A stretch of 64,000 bases of DNA from Gekko japonicus. Its lineage: Eukaryota. A program made the translations under genes and the position numbers. Position 1 is the stretch's first letter, and every line of letters begins with the position of its first letter. The stretch is from contig NW_015174867.1 in NCBI RefSeq assembly GCF_001447785.1, positions 1 through 64,000 on the forward strand, given 5' to 3'. Below the pieces are notes generated by a model, which ran no database searches, was not told the DNA's origin, and worked only from the letters and a program-made list of their open reading frames with translations. This document shows positions 36,600 through 49,893 of this stretch, piece after piece.

Positions 36600-38215
36600 A
36601 CTGGCTTGGACGTCTCTGCTAGCTTTCCACTCCTCTCTCCCCTCTCTGATTTAATCTACTTTCTTACGGCCTAGACATGTTCTCTAATGTGAGAGCAGCT
36701 GTACTAAACAAAACAAAACACAGAATCATGGGTTTTTTAGAATGTGGGGGGGGGTTGTGTGGAAGGGGATGTTATTTGATTAAGGTTACTTGAACTTTGG
36801 CCCTAGATATCCTTTAGGCTTATTTTTAGTGTCAAAGGTACATGTTTAGAAAAGGAACAGCAATCCTCCTGAACTGGTATAGGTGAACTATTTTTCATGT
36901 GTGTGGTTTTTAAAAATTAGATCAGTGTGCTTGGCATATTAATATTTAGGATCAAGGTGTGCCCCATGTGATACAGACCTCTCATCTTTTAACATAAGGG
37001 TTTGTATCTGCTTGGTTTAAATGTGTATCCATTTTAATTTCTGCTCTATGGTCTGGTCTGTTGGCTTCTGCTTCTGAAAAGCTACCCATGCCAAATGTGA
37101 ATTCATGAGCTGTTTCTGAACTAAAATTTCTAATCCGTTAGAAAAGAACAAGGCTGTCCCTTTGACACACGAGTACTTATTCCAGACAGTAGTTCCTTGT
37201 TGGAAAAAATCACTTCTCCTGTATAGGGTTGCTATCAGTTTCCCTCACCCGCCTAACAGAATGTAAATGAAATGCCTGCTGCAGGCTGGTTCTGTTAGGT
37301 TCTGTTTTTAGACCAAAGGGGAGATCTCAGTGTTTGGAAAATGACACACTTGTATTAGTTTGTAAATGGTTAAAAGGAGATAGATTACAAGGTTATTTAC
37401 TAACTGTAAAATATGAAGTTTTGATCTTTTTTGTAGAGAAACTTAACAGGTGTACTACAAAGGATGTTAACCAACTTAAATTGGATCGGTTTTTATGAAC
37501 CTGACCATCTCTTAAGTAGGCTAAGCAAGCAAAGTGCATATGTTCACAGATCAATGCAATAGTTGCTTAAGCAGGCACAGCCAGTACATACAATATTTGG
37601 GGATCTCTCTACTGTAGTTAAGAGAAGGCACTGGGCCATTCATGTTCCATATTGGTTTTAAACAGGTTAAGCAATATAGTGGCACTTTGAACAGTGTCAG
37701 TGTCAGATTACCACTTGGGATGAGGAAGGCTGCATAAATTCACTTGTGAGAAAGAGTATGATTCTGGAACTTGTTTCTACTTAGTCATACATGAGAGAGA
37801 CCCTGTATATTGTTGTGGCGGCAGCCTGACTGGCTAGGGAAATGTAAATATCATGCAAATAACGCTCCATTTATTTTGTGCTTTAATAAGTGGTGGGAGT
37901 TATATGCTTAAAAGATCCCCCCCACATCAAATATTCACATTCTAATTGGTTCAGAATATTAAGTGAAAAGTCTTATCTGTTCAGCAAGGATACTGGGGGA
38001 GTGTATCGCTGAGCCACATCTGTATTGGCAAGAAGCTCAGCTCTACATTTCTTGATACAGAATAATGCAGCTCGCCTATGAGAGCAGAACAGAGAAAGGA
38101 AGCGAGTTTTACAGTTTGAAAAGGGTATCTTTTGGGCTAGGGGAATGAAGGTGTAGTTTATTTTATGTACACAACTGGAAGTGGAATCAGCTAGAGTGTA
38201 TACTATTAACCAACC

Positions 38216-38221
38216 AATAAA
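38216..38221 (+). terminator. UBR7: Candidate UBR7 poly(A) signal (3' UTR about 1.6 kb)
   Basis: AATAAA at the end of a repeat-free, T-rich UTR-like stretch, followed by GT-rich sequence. Confidence 0.6.
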
Positions 38222-40159
38222 GACTAACTGTCAGAAAGTATAATTGTTTTGGTCTGTGAAACTGAACTGCATGTCTGTGCAAGAGCTTGTTCAGATTTGT
38301 GTGGTGGTGGCTTTATTTTAGTGACATCAGGTTTTACAGTCTCAGTTCTCTCCTTTTTCTTTGTGAAATGCATACTGCTGCCTTAATGTAGTTTGTACTC
38401 TCTGTGTTCCTGTCACAGACGGGATGTAATGGGCTGTGTACAGCCCTGCTCTTCAGGAGCAGCATCAGAGGCAGCAAAAGGTGTTACAGGGAAAGTAAAA
38501 CCTTTTACTCTATGCAACACTGAAAATGCTTCAGCTCTCTGAATCCATGTCGTGTTACATATGTAGGAACATGAGTCTTACTAGAATCATGGATTCCGTT
38601 TTTAAAAACGCCGGTTATAGTTGTCCATCATGGCAACATACCTACTGAATGGCACATTATTAGTTCAGTTCAAATCAGGACTTGTGNNNNNNNNNNNNNN
38701 NNNNNNNNNNNNNNNNNNNNNNNNNNNNNNNNNNNNNNNNNNNNNNNNNNNNACTGGCAGTGTTCGGAATGCAAAGGAGCCCAAGATCAATTGGTAGCAG
38801 TGGGTGGAGAGAACTGCTGGGACATGGGGCTGAGATGTTATTTACTGTTGTAAGAGCTGTCTTCACAGGTTTGGGGATTTATAAATCCCTATCAACCTTT
38901 CCAGTTTTTAGTTTTTTCTGGAAGGAGCCCCATCAAGACATGGCTTTATTTTGGGTCTCCCCCCCAAAAAAAATCTGAATTCTAGGGCCATTGTTTAGAA
39001 TTAGCTACAACAAAGAAGGAACCTGCCAGGGTTTGTAGGATGGGGTCACTTCATTTCTCCCTGTATCCTTTCCTTCACAGTATGTCCTTTCTTACCTCTG
39101 GACACCTTCCCATACAGTCTTTCCATGCTTTCTTCTGTGCCTTCCATTCACCAAACAACCTTTCTTCTATTTGACCCTTTCAGCTTTTTTACTTTATTTC
39201 CGACCCTTCTCCGCACTGGGAACCCAAAGCAGTTTACATAACTCTCCTAGGTAGCTTAGGCTGATTATGTGTGACTGACCCAAGGATACCTAGCAAGTTT
39301 CCACTGTAGAGTGGGGATTCATACCTAGATCTCCCAGATACTACTCTGAGATTTTTAACTACTACTGTACCAGCTGTCAGGTTTTCCTCCTTCCTTTGAC
39401 CTAGGAGCTGCTACCTGGGAAAAGTCTGCCCAAGAGGCAAAAATAGTGCAGTATGAAGCTACTTGTGTGAGTTCTGTAGTGGCCATGTCTGGCCTAGGCA
39501 AGTTATGTGGCATCAAATTGTCTGGAAGCCACAACGGCACATAGGTGATTTGCATGGTGGGAACTTGCCCAATGGTTGCTGCTGGACCTGACCCCAGAGT
39601 CCTCCCTTCAGGGGTGGATGGGGAGGCCAACACAGCCCTGGAAGGCCCTCTGCCTTTTACTGACAAACCAAGGTTTGAAGGCTGGCAGTATTGTGATTGC
39701 TAACAACCTCAGTAAGATACATTGAGATCTTTCTTATGGATACAGGTTAGGGATGGGCACAAACTGGCCAACAAACTAAAGTTCATCACAAATTTTGGTT
39801 GGTGAAGAACATGAACTTCCATGAATTTTGGTGCAGTTCGTGGCAGTTTGTGCAGTTAATAAAAACAGCTTGGAGCCATTTAAAGAAAACAGCCGAGTGG
39901 CAGTCCCTGGCACTCAGCTGAAACCCCTGCTTTCTGCTCCCCATAAAAAGCCGCAGGGAGCAGGGGTTTAAACTTTAAATGTCTCTGGCTTTAAGTATCC
40001 ACATATGGGGCCATGCTGAGAATTAGATATATGGACCAGTGGGGGAAACCTAAGGACTTGCAGGAGGCTTCTCATTTTCCCTCCCCCACTATTTCTTCCT
40101 TCCCTGAAAGCCCCCGTAGGCTCCTCCCTTCCCCCCCAAAAAAACCATCCCCCCATCTC

Positions 40160-40375
40160 CAGCTATATTTATTTCCGATCTTCCTCTACACTGGGAACCC
40201 ACAGCAGCCTGCATTGTCGTCTTCTGTATTTCATCTTCACAGCTCTGAGGTATGGTGGGGCTGAGTGTGCGTGACTGACTCAAGGGCCTCTAGCGAGCTT
40301 CCATGGCTGAGTGGATATTTGAACCTGGGTCTCCCAGATCCTAGTCTGAAATTTTAACTACTCCACTCCACTGGC
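40160..40375 (-). mobile_element. Squam3-like SINE (another at about 39190-39370)
   Basis: Reverse complement of the SINE family. Confidence 0.65.
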
Positions 40376-40794
40376 TTTTGTGGAGTGGCTGCTTTTGAAC
40401 AGTAGCAAGCCGCCAGTCCTGGGTGAGTCATGCAAGTTGCACAGCAGCAGGTTACTTAGTGGTTGCCATCACGGCAGGCCCCAGTGAGTCCTCCCTCAAA
40501 GGCCAAAGTAGCCCTGTAAGAGCCCTGCCTCCTCAGCACTGCCTTTGAGTGACAAAAACTAAGGACTGAAGGCCGATTGCCTATCAACTCCCAGAGTGAC
40601 CACTGAGGGCATTCATTTCTTAAAGCTACAGGCACTGCTGCTATTTCAGATTTTTCTGCAAACCTGGAACTTTTCTCAGCTTTATAAAAAGATCTGGCTT
40701 GTCTGTTCATGATCCCAGTCTCCAGCTTTAAGGATTCACAGATGAGGCCATGTTGGAAATTGGATATATTCTTGGGGGGGGGGGGTTGGGGTGG

Positions 40795-40999
40795 TGGTGT
40801 GCCTGGAAGTCAAGGTTGACTTCTAGCAACCTCTAGTGGGACTGGATGTTTCAGAGAGGTGGCTTTCTATTGCCTGCCTCTGCATCCAAGCCATGGTATT
40901 CCTTGAAGGTCTCTCTTCCAGATACTTCCCAGGGTTGGCCCTGCTTAGCTTCCAAGATCTGACGAGATTGGACTTGCCGGGGCTATCCAGGTCAGGGCT
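40795..40999 (-). mobile_element. 5S rRNA-derived SINE
   Basis: Reverse complement ATCTCGTCAGATCTTGGAAGCTAAGCAGGG matches the 5S rRNA core. Confidence 0.75.
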
Positions 41000-41239
41000 A
41001 GAATTAGAGAAAAGCATCTGTTACTGCAAAATGTACGCCTTTAATATTGAAGTTAACTGTAGAACTATGTAATACAGGACTGTGTAGAATTTCCTTCAAG
41101 ACACAGGGCTTAACAGTTATGCACAGTAATTAAGATACGTTCTAGTCTTCCACTGAAATTTGTTTCTATAATTTAGTACTGTGCAGACAGGAGTACAACA
41201 ATATTGTCCCTTGTGACTAAATCAAAACAATTCCATGTT

Positions 41240-42138
41240 CATTTTTCTAGACAAGCCATTTATTTGAAATGCCAACTATATGTAGGATAAAGTCTGTGTT
41301 AACATGCTTCTCAGCAACAGTAGAAAAATAGAACCAGTGAAAACCTTTTTACAACTGTAATGGTACTCAAAAGAGAAATGTATTGTTTTACAATGCATCA
41401 CACAAGACTAGAATTCAATTCTAGAGGTACCTAAATAAAAATACTATATTTTCTTAAAAAACCAATATGTACAGTTGAAGCGTAAACAAGTTTTACAAAG
41501 TACTGGTTATGCAGGTTGTAGAAAAAACACTTGCATAGGACATGAAGTTGGTTTTAAGAAAATTTCTGAGCCTTTAGCATTGAAGGCACTTGACTTTATA
41601 CCAGTAACAGCACAAGAACAATGTAACATCATGGACACTTAACACCTTCCAGGAATACATACAAGCACAGAAATACTAAATTAGTTTTTCTTCTTCAGCT
41701 TCACCCAGCATTTCACACATAACCCTTCACCATATAAACATAATCATTGTTGGAACAGTGCTACCTGCAGCCCATTTCAAAATAAGTTACATAAAAGATG
41801 AGGGAACAAAAAAACCCCCAGGGCCAATTAATTTTTTTTTATGCTTTTGGGGGGGGGGGGGGACTGCAATTAGGACTTGAGAAGGATCCTCTTTGATGTT
41901 AATTTTAGGGTATATTAGTTGCTGACAAATGTGCTTCCCAAGTGTTTGTTTTTTTAAATTCAGTAGGCATCCTGCCTGCAGCTACTCCCCAAAGCAGCAC
42001 TGCTCTGATTTCCAAGCCTAGTAATACTGGTGTGGATGAAGCAGCAGCTTCTCCCAAATGTTCTGGATCTTCTGTCACTGCTGGAGTAGCACATACTACA
42101 GTGGCTTCCACAAATGAAAAAACACAGAGAGAAAAAGC
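41240..42138 (-). other. 3'-UTR-like terminal segment of a minus-strand transcript (possibly the BTBD7 3' end)
   Basis: AATAAA on - at 41259-41264. Repeat-free, U-rich, with a TGTACATA motif. Tail-to-tail with UBR7, where BTBD7 normally ends. Identity is an inference. Confidence 0.45.
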
Positions 42139-42498
42139 CTAACAATCAAATGGAATAATGCTTGACTCATTTTTCAATTCCAATAATTTTCAATTAGCCA
42201 AAGACCTAAGGAGCACAACAAGTTTCTCTCTTATATACTTCACAAGAGCAAAAAAACACCCTTTACCCTGGATGTAAAGGCCTTTAAAAGGTTTCCAGAG
42301 ACTTAGTCATGTTTTTACTTGGTGCTCTGGCCCTTCCCCACTTTTTCTACAATTGCATGCTATATGGCACCTAACACGCATGGTTTAGTACAGAAGCCCC
42401 AAACAGGAATTTTAGAAAACTTCTGTTTAGACACAAACTAAGGGCAAGTCTTAATGATAAAAGCACTTTTAAAAGTTTATAAATACTCTGGAATAATA

Positions 42499-42729
42499 TA
42501 AAAGAGCAAGAGTCCAGTAGCACCTTAAAAACCAGGTGGCAGGGTATGAGCTTTCGTGATTCACAGCTCACTTCTTCACTTCCGTGAGTCACGGGTCACT
42601 TCTTCAGTTTTTTCACGGTGAGCCATGACTCACAAAAGCTCATACCCTGCCACATATTTTGGTAGTCTTTAAGGTGGTACTGGACTCTTGCTATTTTCTA
42701 CTGCTACAAACTAACACAGCTACCCATCT
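42499..42729. mobile_element. Penelope-derived insertion: inverted pseudo-LTR pair with 10-bp TSD
   Basis: GAGTCCAGTAGCACCTTAAA is inverted against TTTAAGGTGGTACTGGACTC. Ends CTAACACAGCTACCCATCT. TSD TGGAATAATA at 42489-42498 and 42730-42739. Confidence 0.75.
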
Positions 42730-44834
42730 TGGAATAATACAGGAACCTTCAGTTGAACAATAACAAGGCTAACAATAAAAAGTATGGCTGTAACAGGCAT
42801 TTGATATTCATCTTACACTCTACTACTTCAAGGCAATTCATTTTGTAAGCAAGTGAGACATTGAGGGAAATACTAGTTGCAAGCTTCAGTGATTCAAAAT
42901 GGAGCAGTCAATATATTTCATTACAGAATAATGAACTGATGTCTATTGATTCCATGTACAGGCATGATGCACACAGACATGTTCAACAAAGTGGTAAAAC
43001 ATCTATAAACTTACAGACCATGCTGACCACACATTTATTTAAAACATTTCTATGCTGCCTTTCCCACCCAAATAGGATCCCCAAGACATTACAACATTAA
43101 AGCAGCATTTAAAATAAGGTATATATAAAATATAGGCATACAAGCATACGTAACACAACCAGAGAGGAAAGCATTAAGAGTTACTGGGGATATGACAACC
43201 CCCCCCCCCCAAAAAAAAACCCTCCTCACCTGCTGGTGAAAGATGAAGGAATTCCAAAGCTTTGCCACTATGATCAAGAAGGCCCTTACAGACCACCTTT
43301 CATATGTATACACTGCTGCACATTTGATCTAAGAATCAACTATGGGAATACAGTTTCATCTTGGTGTGGACATAAAAATAAAAATGCTCATATGCTGCTG
43401 TAGTTTCATTTTACTTTCATAAACAAGATTAATTTAAGCAGACAAAACCCACAATCCAATAAAAGCTACTTTCTAGCCATATAACCACTATTATTAACCT
43501 GCCAAAATGTACAAGAAGGAACTGTCCACAAATATGCATTGTAAGCTATCATGGACCTGATCAGCACTTGGAAGGAAGATCCCAGGAAAATCCATGTAAG
43601 ATATTCAGACTTTTAACAAAAGTCTGGGATATAAGTACACCAAATAAAATGGCTGCCATTCATACTAATTTTGCACCTGCCAGCTGCTAAAGAAATGCAT
43701 TCTTTACTCTTACTTTCCTGAGAGAATCTATTAGCCACTTCACATACATGACAGTGCAGATATATAATTTTACTAAGAGAAATATACAATTCACAAATTC
43801 AGATTTACATCTTTGTGTCACAATCCAATGCAGATTAACTGTGCTTAGATCTCCATTGAGTTGTGGCATTTGAATGTGCGGATCACAAAACTGAAGTTTG
43901 CTATGACCATTCAAGTCAGCGTTTCTGAGAGCAAGAGTAATTTATTATTCATTGCTTTCCTATTAATCTTCTCTCCTGAATGTCAAGATGACAAAATATG
44001 TGTTTTCTGTAAGTTACTGGAAAAAATAGAGTATTATGAAGTTACCTTGTACAGTTAAAATTCATACTGTACAGGTAAATGTTGTATACTAAAAATCTCA
44101 AAGAATTTAGTGATCAACAAGAAAGTTATTCAAATGAGTTTTCGAAGCCTCTAGCAACCTGAGATTTTAAAAGGAAGTGTCATAGTATACCAAATAGCAA
44201 CAGGTGAGGAGGCCTGTATTCCCTGTTTCCCACTTCGAATGAGGTACAGGCAGCACGATTAGAACCACAAGGGAAAGTGAGTTACTGGCATAACAGCTAC
44301 CAGGCAGTAAAGCAGCACTGTTAATGAGCTCCATTGGGTACCTAGCTAGCCTGTGCTATTTAAGCCGCTATTAACAATTAAGCATCATTTTAATAAGAAG
44401 AATATTAAAGTAAGGGAAAGGCAAGGGTGTGATTAAGCTTGGCTCATTTTATATTCTCTAACTTTGGAGTAAAAAAAAATTAAGATCAGAACTTAGTGGG
44501 GGGCCCTTTTAAAGATACTGATTTCCTCCGTTCTTAATCTAGGCTTCAAGTTATGCTAATGAGATGGAGCTATCAGGATTTCAAGGACAGGAGAAAACCC
44601 CTGCAGGTGAGGGGCTAACCCTCAACTATAGAGCTAGCTAGGATCTTCATATGCAGGCGGGGCCATTAAAAACTGCATACCCAAAAAACCAAAGCTTGCA
44701 ATATTAAAATTATTTCCACGTTTTAAAAGTCAAGGGAGCCCTAGTTTGTTTGTTTGTGAGGGGGAGAGCTCTAAGCAACTTAATGCTTATGTGGGGGTGC
44801 CAATGTGGGGATACGGGGAACTGCTTTGCAGTGG

Positions 44835-46075
44835 CTGTCCTTCCTTTCTCTGTGGTTGGGGACAGAGGGTGGCACTTGGAGAGAGGGTCTCACCACGTTA
44901 TCCACTGGTATGTGGTGGCCCGCAAGGGGCAATCTTCTCCCCAATGTTATTTAATAACTATATGCACCCCCTTGTCCAGTTGATCTGGAGGGGTTGGGCT
45001 GGGCTATCACCAGTACGCTGATGACACCCAGATGTATCTCCTGATGGACGGATAGGACCCTGACATTTTGGATAGGGCCTTGGAAGCCATGGCTGACTGA
45101 TTACAACAGAGTTGGTTGAAACTTAATCCAGCTAAAATGGAGGTTCTGTTCCTTGGTCATGGGGTATGGGTTCGGGAATCCGACTCTCAGCCCTTGGTGG
45201 GGCACTGTTAATTCCTGCACCAATTGTGAGGAGTTTTGGAATGCTCCTGCATGCTTCCCTATCTATGGAGGCCCAAGTCACTACTGTTGCTAGGTCAGCC
45301 TTTTACCATCTTTGGCTGGTCAGGCAACTAGTCCCCTATCTTTCTTCCTGTCACCTAGCAACAGTGATCTACGCAATAGTCACTTCTAGGCTTGACTACT
45401 GCAACTCGCTCTACACAGGCCTACCCTTAAACTTGATCTGGAAGCTTCAGCTGGTACAAAATGCAGTGGCACACCTGCTGATTGTGACACCTATGCGGAC
45501 ACACATTCAGCCAGGGCTTTGCCAGCTGTATCAGTTGCCAGTCGAGTACTGAGCCAGGTTTAACGTTATGGTTTTAACCTTTAAGGCTCTATGTGGCCAG
45601 GGACCAACATACCTGCAGGACTGCCTTTCCCTATATGTTCCCTTTTCAGCCCTGGCCCTGGCCTGGTGGAACATGCTCCTGATTGAGATCAGAGCCCTGA
45701 GAGACCTGTTGCAATTCCACAGGGCCTGTAAGACTGAGCTTTTCTGCCAAGTCTTTGGTTGAGGCAGCGGACGTCAAATAACTTCGGCCTCCTCAAGCTT
45801 TAAGTCAAACTCTTGTGCCATTTAGAACTGCCAAAGTAGTGGATCTATCCCATCAAAGTATCTACCACCCTTCCTGGCCTTAGTGAAGTGGTCATAAGAA
45901 TGGATGCTAACTATTGAGAAGCTAATAGGTTTTTTAAACTGAGTTAATTATTCTTTTAAATTGGTCAATGTTATTTTAATGCTGCAATGTTTTAACTTAC
46001 TGTTGTATGAAATGTTGTAAGCTGCCTTGAGCCTGCTTGCAGGGTACGGCAGGGTAAAAATCCCTAAATAAATAA
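44835..46075 (+). mobile_element. L2-clade LINE 3' portion (degraded RT)
   Basis: GPQGAIFSPMLFNNYM, Y-A-D-D motif (TACGCTGATGAC), SRLDYCNSLYTGLP...KLQLVQNA, and a TAAATAAATAA tail. Confidence 0.85.
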
Positions 46076-46692
46076 TGCAGTTGTGTGGACTTCATTACGC
46101 TGCATGCCAAAATGCAAATAAGGAAGAAATACCTCCTTGTTGCCCTTTCAAGAGCCCAGAGGGCATGGAATATTCAGCTGAAAGTTGAAAGCAGTAAGAG
46201 TTATTGCAGACCAGATGCAGGAAACATGTTTGAGGGCAAAAGCTGAGTATGCTAGATCAGGAGAGGCAACAAATAGAGGAAGAATGAACAAGCGAGAAGG
46301 TAACAGGAAAACTAAGAATGGGGGCAGGGGACAACTCCTGCAAGACATTCTTCTGCAACTGCCACCCCATTGATTGAAAAATCAATTGCTAACAGTTCTC
46401 CAAACAAGTATTACAGCTGTTGGGGGGATACCACAGAAGCAGCAAAATGTCACAGGTGAAAATAGAGCCCATTCCTCCAAATGGCCTATACCTAACAGAA
46501 CTCTTTGCCCTCATGTACCAGAAGAACCCAAAAGTGTTTGCATGTCAGTGTGACAGGCCCTTTCTTGGAACCAAGGGGACCCACATGGCCTCTTATGGTT
46601 TTGGGGAATCAGGTTTGTTTAAAACTGTAAAGCTTTGCCTCAGTTATGTGATGTTCTTAACGTTGCAAGTGCAAAGACTTTAAGTTCACTGC

Positions 46693-47331
46693 TGTGAGGC
46701 AAGACTTGTGGTGAGCAAGAAGAACATGGAGATCACTGAGGCAGGAGTTTTATGCTAGTAACAAAGAAGAATTATTTATTTACAAGTCGGTTTTAAATAA
46801 CAAAATCAGCAGCACAGATCTCCAGACAGCCAGAGGAGAAACTAGCTGAGGCACATAAGTTTAAGCTAGTTATGGCTTCAGAGGGTGGTTTGAATTATCT
46901 TTAATATTTGAAGGTACGAAGAGGCTTTACCTGACAAGCCAAGGTTTGATCCTTTCACACACATACAGGATTCCACCGACAACAACCTATCCTTTCCCAA
47001 GAGCCAGAATAAATGGCACAAGGTCTGCTCATCACCAAAGACAGCCCTCACATTCTGTCCTCTCTCAGAGATAGAGCTAAACCACTCTCCCATGCTACCA
47101 GACATAGCTATCCTTTAAACTGTCTGCTCTTTTGCTGAGGCAAACCCAAAACTCTCACTATACTCTCCCCGAGACAGACCTGAACTGACTGCTGTTGTGC
47201 TTCCTTCCAACATTCCATTCCCTCTCTGAAAGGTGACTGGATGCTGGAACAGCACTCCTGTAGGCTCAGGGATGAAACAGCTGAGCAGCTGTTTTTCCAT
47301 TCAGGAGCAGGACAGCCTCCTATCTGTCACA
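46693..47331 (-). mobile_element. Possible solo LTR
   Basis: TGTGA...TCACA termini and a minus-strand AATAAA at about 46776. No clear TSD. Confidence 0.3.
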
Positions 47332-48015
47332 GTCAGCTACTTTAGTAGGTTACCTTTTATAATGGCAAGTAAATTTCAGTCAGATCTTGACTGTTCATTA
47401 ATGAAAATGTTGAAATGGCCCAAGACATGTAATTTTATGATGTGGATGATTACAGCAAAGCCGTTTTCTCAGCCTTGTGAAAGCAGAACTGCTCTCATGT
47501 TATTTGCCCTTTGCTACATTATAGTCAGTGCTGGTGGTCTGGGAAGCAAGTTGGCAATTCAGTAGGCTCAGGCAGGGCTTCCAAGCAGTAGTAGCTCAAC
47601 CTGCAAAGAGCAACAGACTGCTTTAACTTAACAGCTGGGCAGCTGTTGATAGGATTTTATTGGTTCCTCATGTCACTTGATTTGGCTGGCCCATCTACAG
47701 GAACAGTGCTGCAAGTGGCATATCAAGGGGGGGGGGCGGTCCGCCCCAGGTGCAGCTCAAGGAAGGCCTTTGAAGGGAGCCCTCGAAGCCAGTGTCATCC
47801 CGCTGCCTCTAGACGAATGTCTTCCCTTTTATTTTTAAAATGCAGTTCTGGCTGCAGCCACTAGGAGTGCAGGGAAGTCTGAGCATAGCAGTAAGCTCTA
47901 GGATCAGCTAAGCTTCTCTTTTCTCCAAGACTCAAGTAAACTTCCTTATCAGATCATGTTGATAGCTGCTACAGTAACTGCCAACCTGAAGGTCATTTTC
48001 TCCGATAGCCTAGCC

Positions 48016-48485
48016 CAGGTATGTTCAACAGGTAGATTGCGATCTACCAGTAGATCGCGGAGGGGTCAGAGGTAGATCACCAGCCCCACCCACTTGGTCT
48101 CACTAATGGTCTCACTAATGAGCAAGAGAAAAGTTTTAAAGTTTGTGCAAGAACAGCCTGGATCAATACTTGACCTACATTTAACACAAATAACTCTGAA
48201 TAAAAGTTAAAGAAAGTTATTGAGACAGTTAAAGAGAGTTATAACTCAATAAAAAAATGTTTGCAGTTCTTTCTGGATCTTCGTCTCTCTGTTTTGTTTT
48301 TGCTTATTTTGCTTACCAGTAAATGATAGAAGGTGCATTATAAATGGGGGGGGCGGGGCGGTGGAACCCAAATTTAGTGGGTTAAAATCTAATTTGAAAC
48401 TTTTTTTTTCATGGTGTTTTTTTCATCACCGGCAATTTTGGCCGTAAAAAATAGATCACTACCTGTTCGAAGTTGGACATGCCTG
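48016..48485. mobile_element. hAT MITE
   Basis: TIRs CAGGTATGTTCAAC / GTTGGACATGCCTG. Perfect 8-bp TSD GCCTAGCC. Confidence 0.85.
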
Positions 48486-49853
48486 GCCTAGCCTATCTCT
48501 CTCCCTTTCCTTGTGCCCAGCTCAGCCAGATCTTGCAAAGCTAAGTTAGGGTGTTGCAGCAAGATAAAGCAACCTTTCTCTCTTAATTTCTCTCCTCTTT
48601 TCCACACGTTTTCCATTCATTTCTGTCTTCCTTCACCTAATTTTTCTGTGTCCCCCTCCCCCTTTATTTTCACTTCTTGGTCTCAAGACCTAATAATCCC
48701 TATCCTGCTTGGTGACAGAATGTATTTAAGAGTAGTATAGCAGCAAACCGTTGTTAATATTATGCTCGGTACTCTGTACATTGCATTGGTTCTGCTGGGG
48801 TGCAGAAATGACCCCTTTCCGTTTCTCTGGTTTGACTTTAGTTATTTGAAAACAATGGAGGATGGGGGCACCTTCGTTGGGGGGCAATGTGTTTCTTAAC
48901 ATCCAGTCTGGTGAAGCTTGCAATCACTATGTAGTGATGCTTTGGCTAGTGTTACTAAGTTAGTACAAAGGCAGACTCCTAACTCCCAGAAATGCCTTGC
49001 AGATGTTTGGGATAGTCATTTCTTGGGCTGTAAAACGGAGAACAGAAGCCCCCACCCCAAGTGGTACAACGGAATTTTTTTTTTACTGCCAAGTCACAGC
49101 TGAGTCAATCAGTCAATGTTTATCATGGTAAAAAAACCAGCATAAGATCAAAGCATGTCTTAGAACAATCTAATATTTATAAAACTTGGAGCTCAAAAAA
49201 ACAATTACATTAATTTCAAACATTTCCGCTTTCTAACTGCTATAGTACAGAATTTTGCTACTGCATAAGTTACAGATTTCTGCATATCTTCTAAGAGATA
49301 TCTCCAGAGTACTTCAGATCAAAAGTTCATATAATACTTTAGTGGTATGAATTTAGAGAGGAGTGGAAAAGTCGCAGCTGACTTATGGAGATCCTGTAAG
49401 GTTTTCAAGGCAAGAGGTGGGTTATCATTGCCTGCTTTCACACTGGCCTTTCTTAGCTTTTGAGATCTGATGAGGTCAGACTATCCTGGGGTTATCCAGA
49501 TCAGGGCTAGGCTGAGTGTAATGTGACTGGCCCAAGGTCATCCAGCAAGCTTCCATGGCACAAGTGAGGATGTTGGGGAAGTTCGCCTCTCGGTTCGAAA
49601 TTGGATTTCCCAGATCCTAGTCCAACACTTTAAGCACTACACCACACTGGCTCTTGTGATGGAATAGTGCACTGGAATTTGATTTTTTTTTTTACTGACA
49701 TGAATCTATATACAAAGTTAAATACAAGAAATTTTTCACTGTCTGCATTTTTTTTTTTTGCCACTGAATACAAAGTTTGGGTCCAGTGGCACCTTTAAAA
49801 CCAAACTTGCTGCTTCAGACCAACACGGCTACCCACCCAACAAGATTTTCAGG

Positions 49854-49893
49854 GTATAAGCTTTCGAGAATCAAAGCTCCCTTCCTCAGATAC
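49854..49893 (-). ncRNA. Minimal type I hammerhead ribozyme motif within a Penelope remnant (about 49770-49894)
   Basis: Minus strand GUAU-CUGAGGA-A-GGGAG-CUUUGA-UUCUC-GAAA-GC-UU-AUAC: CUGANGA and GAAA cores, stem II, 4-bp stem I, palindromic AGCU stem III. Confidence 0.6.

Noticed and set aside
40900-40999. 5S rRNA gene
   Set aside because: Diverged, non-5S 5' end, attached to a repeat body and present in several dispersed copies: a 5S-derived SINE.
46133-46177. 45-nt minus-strand exon-like unit (ctttcag| ... GAG|GTATTT)
   Set aside because: Contains a stop in the RAPGEF2-compatible phase and no recognisable peptide. Unsupported without RNA data.
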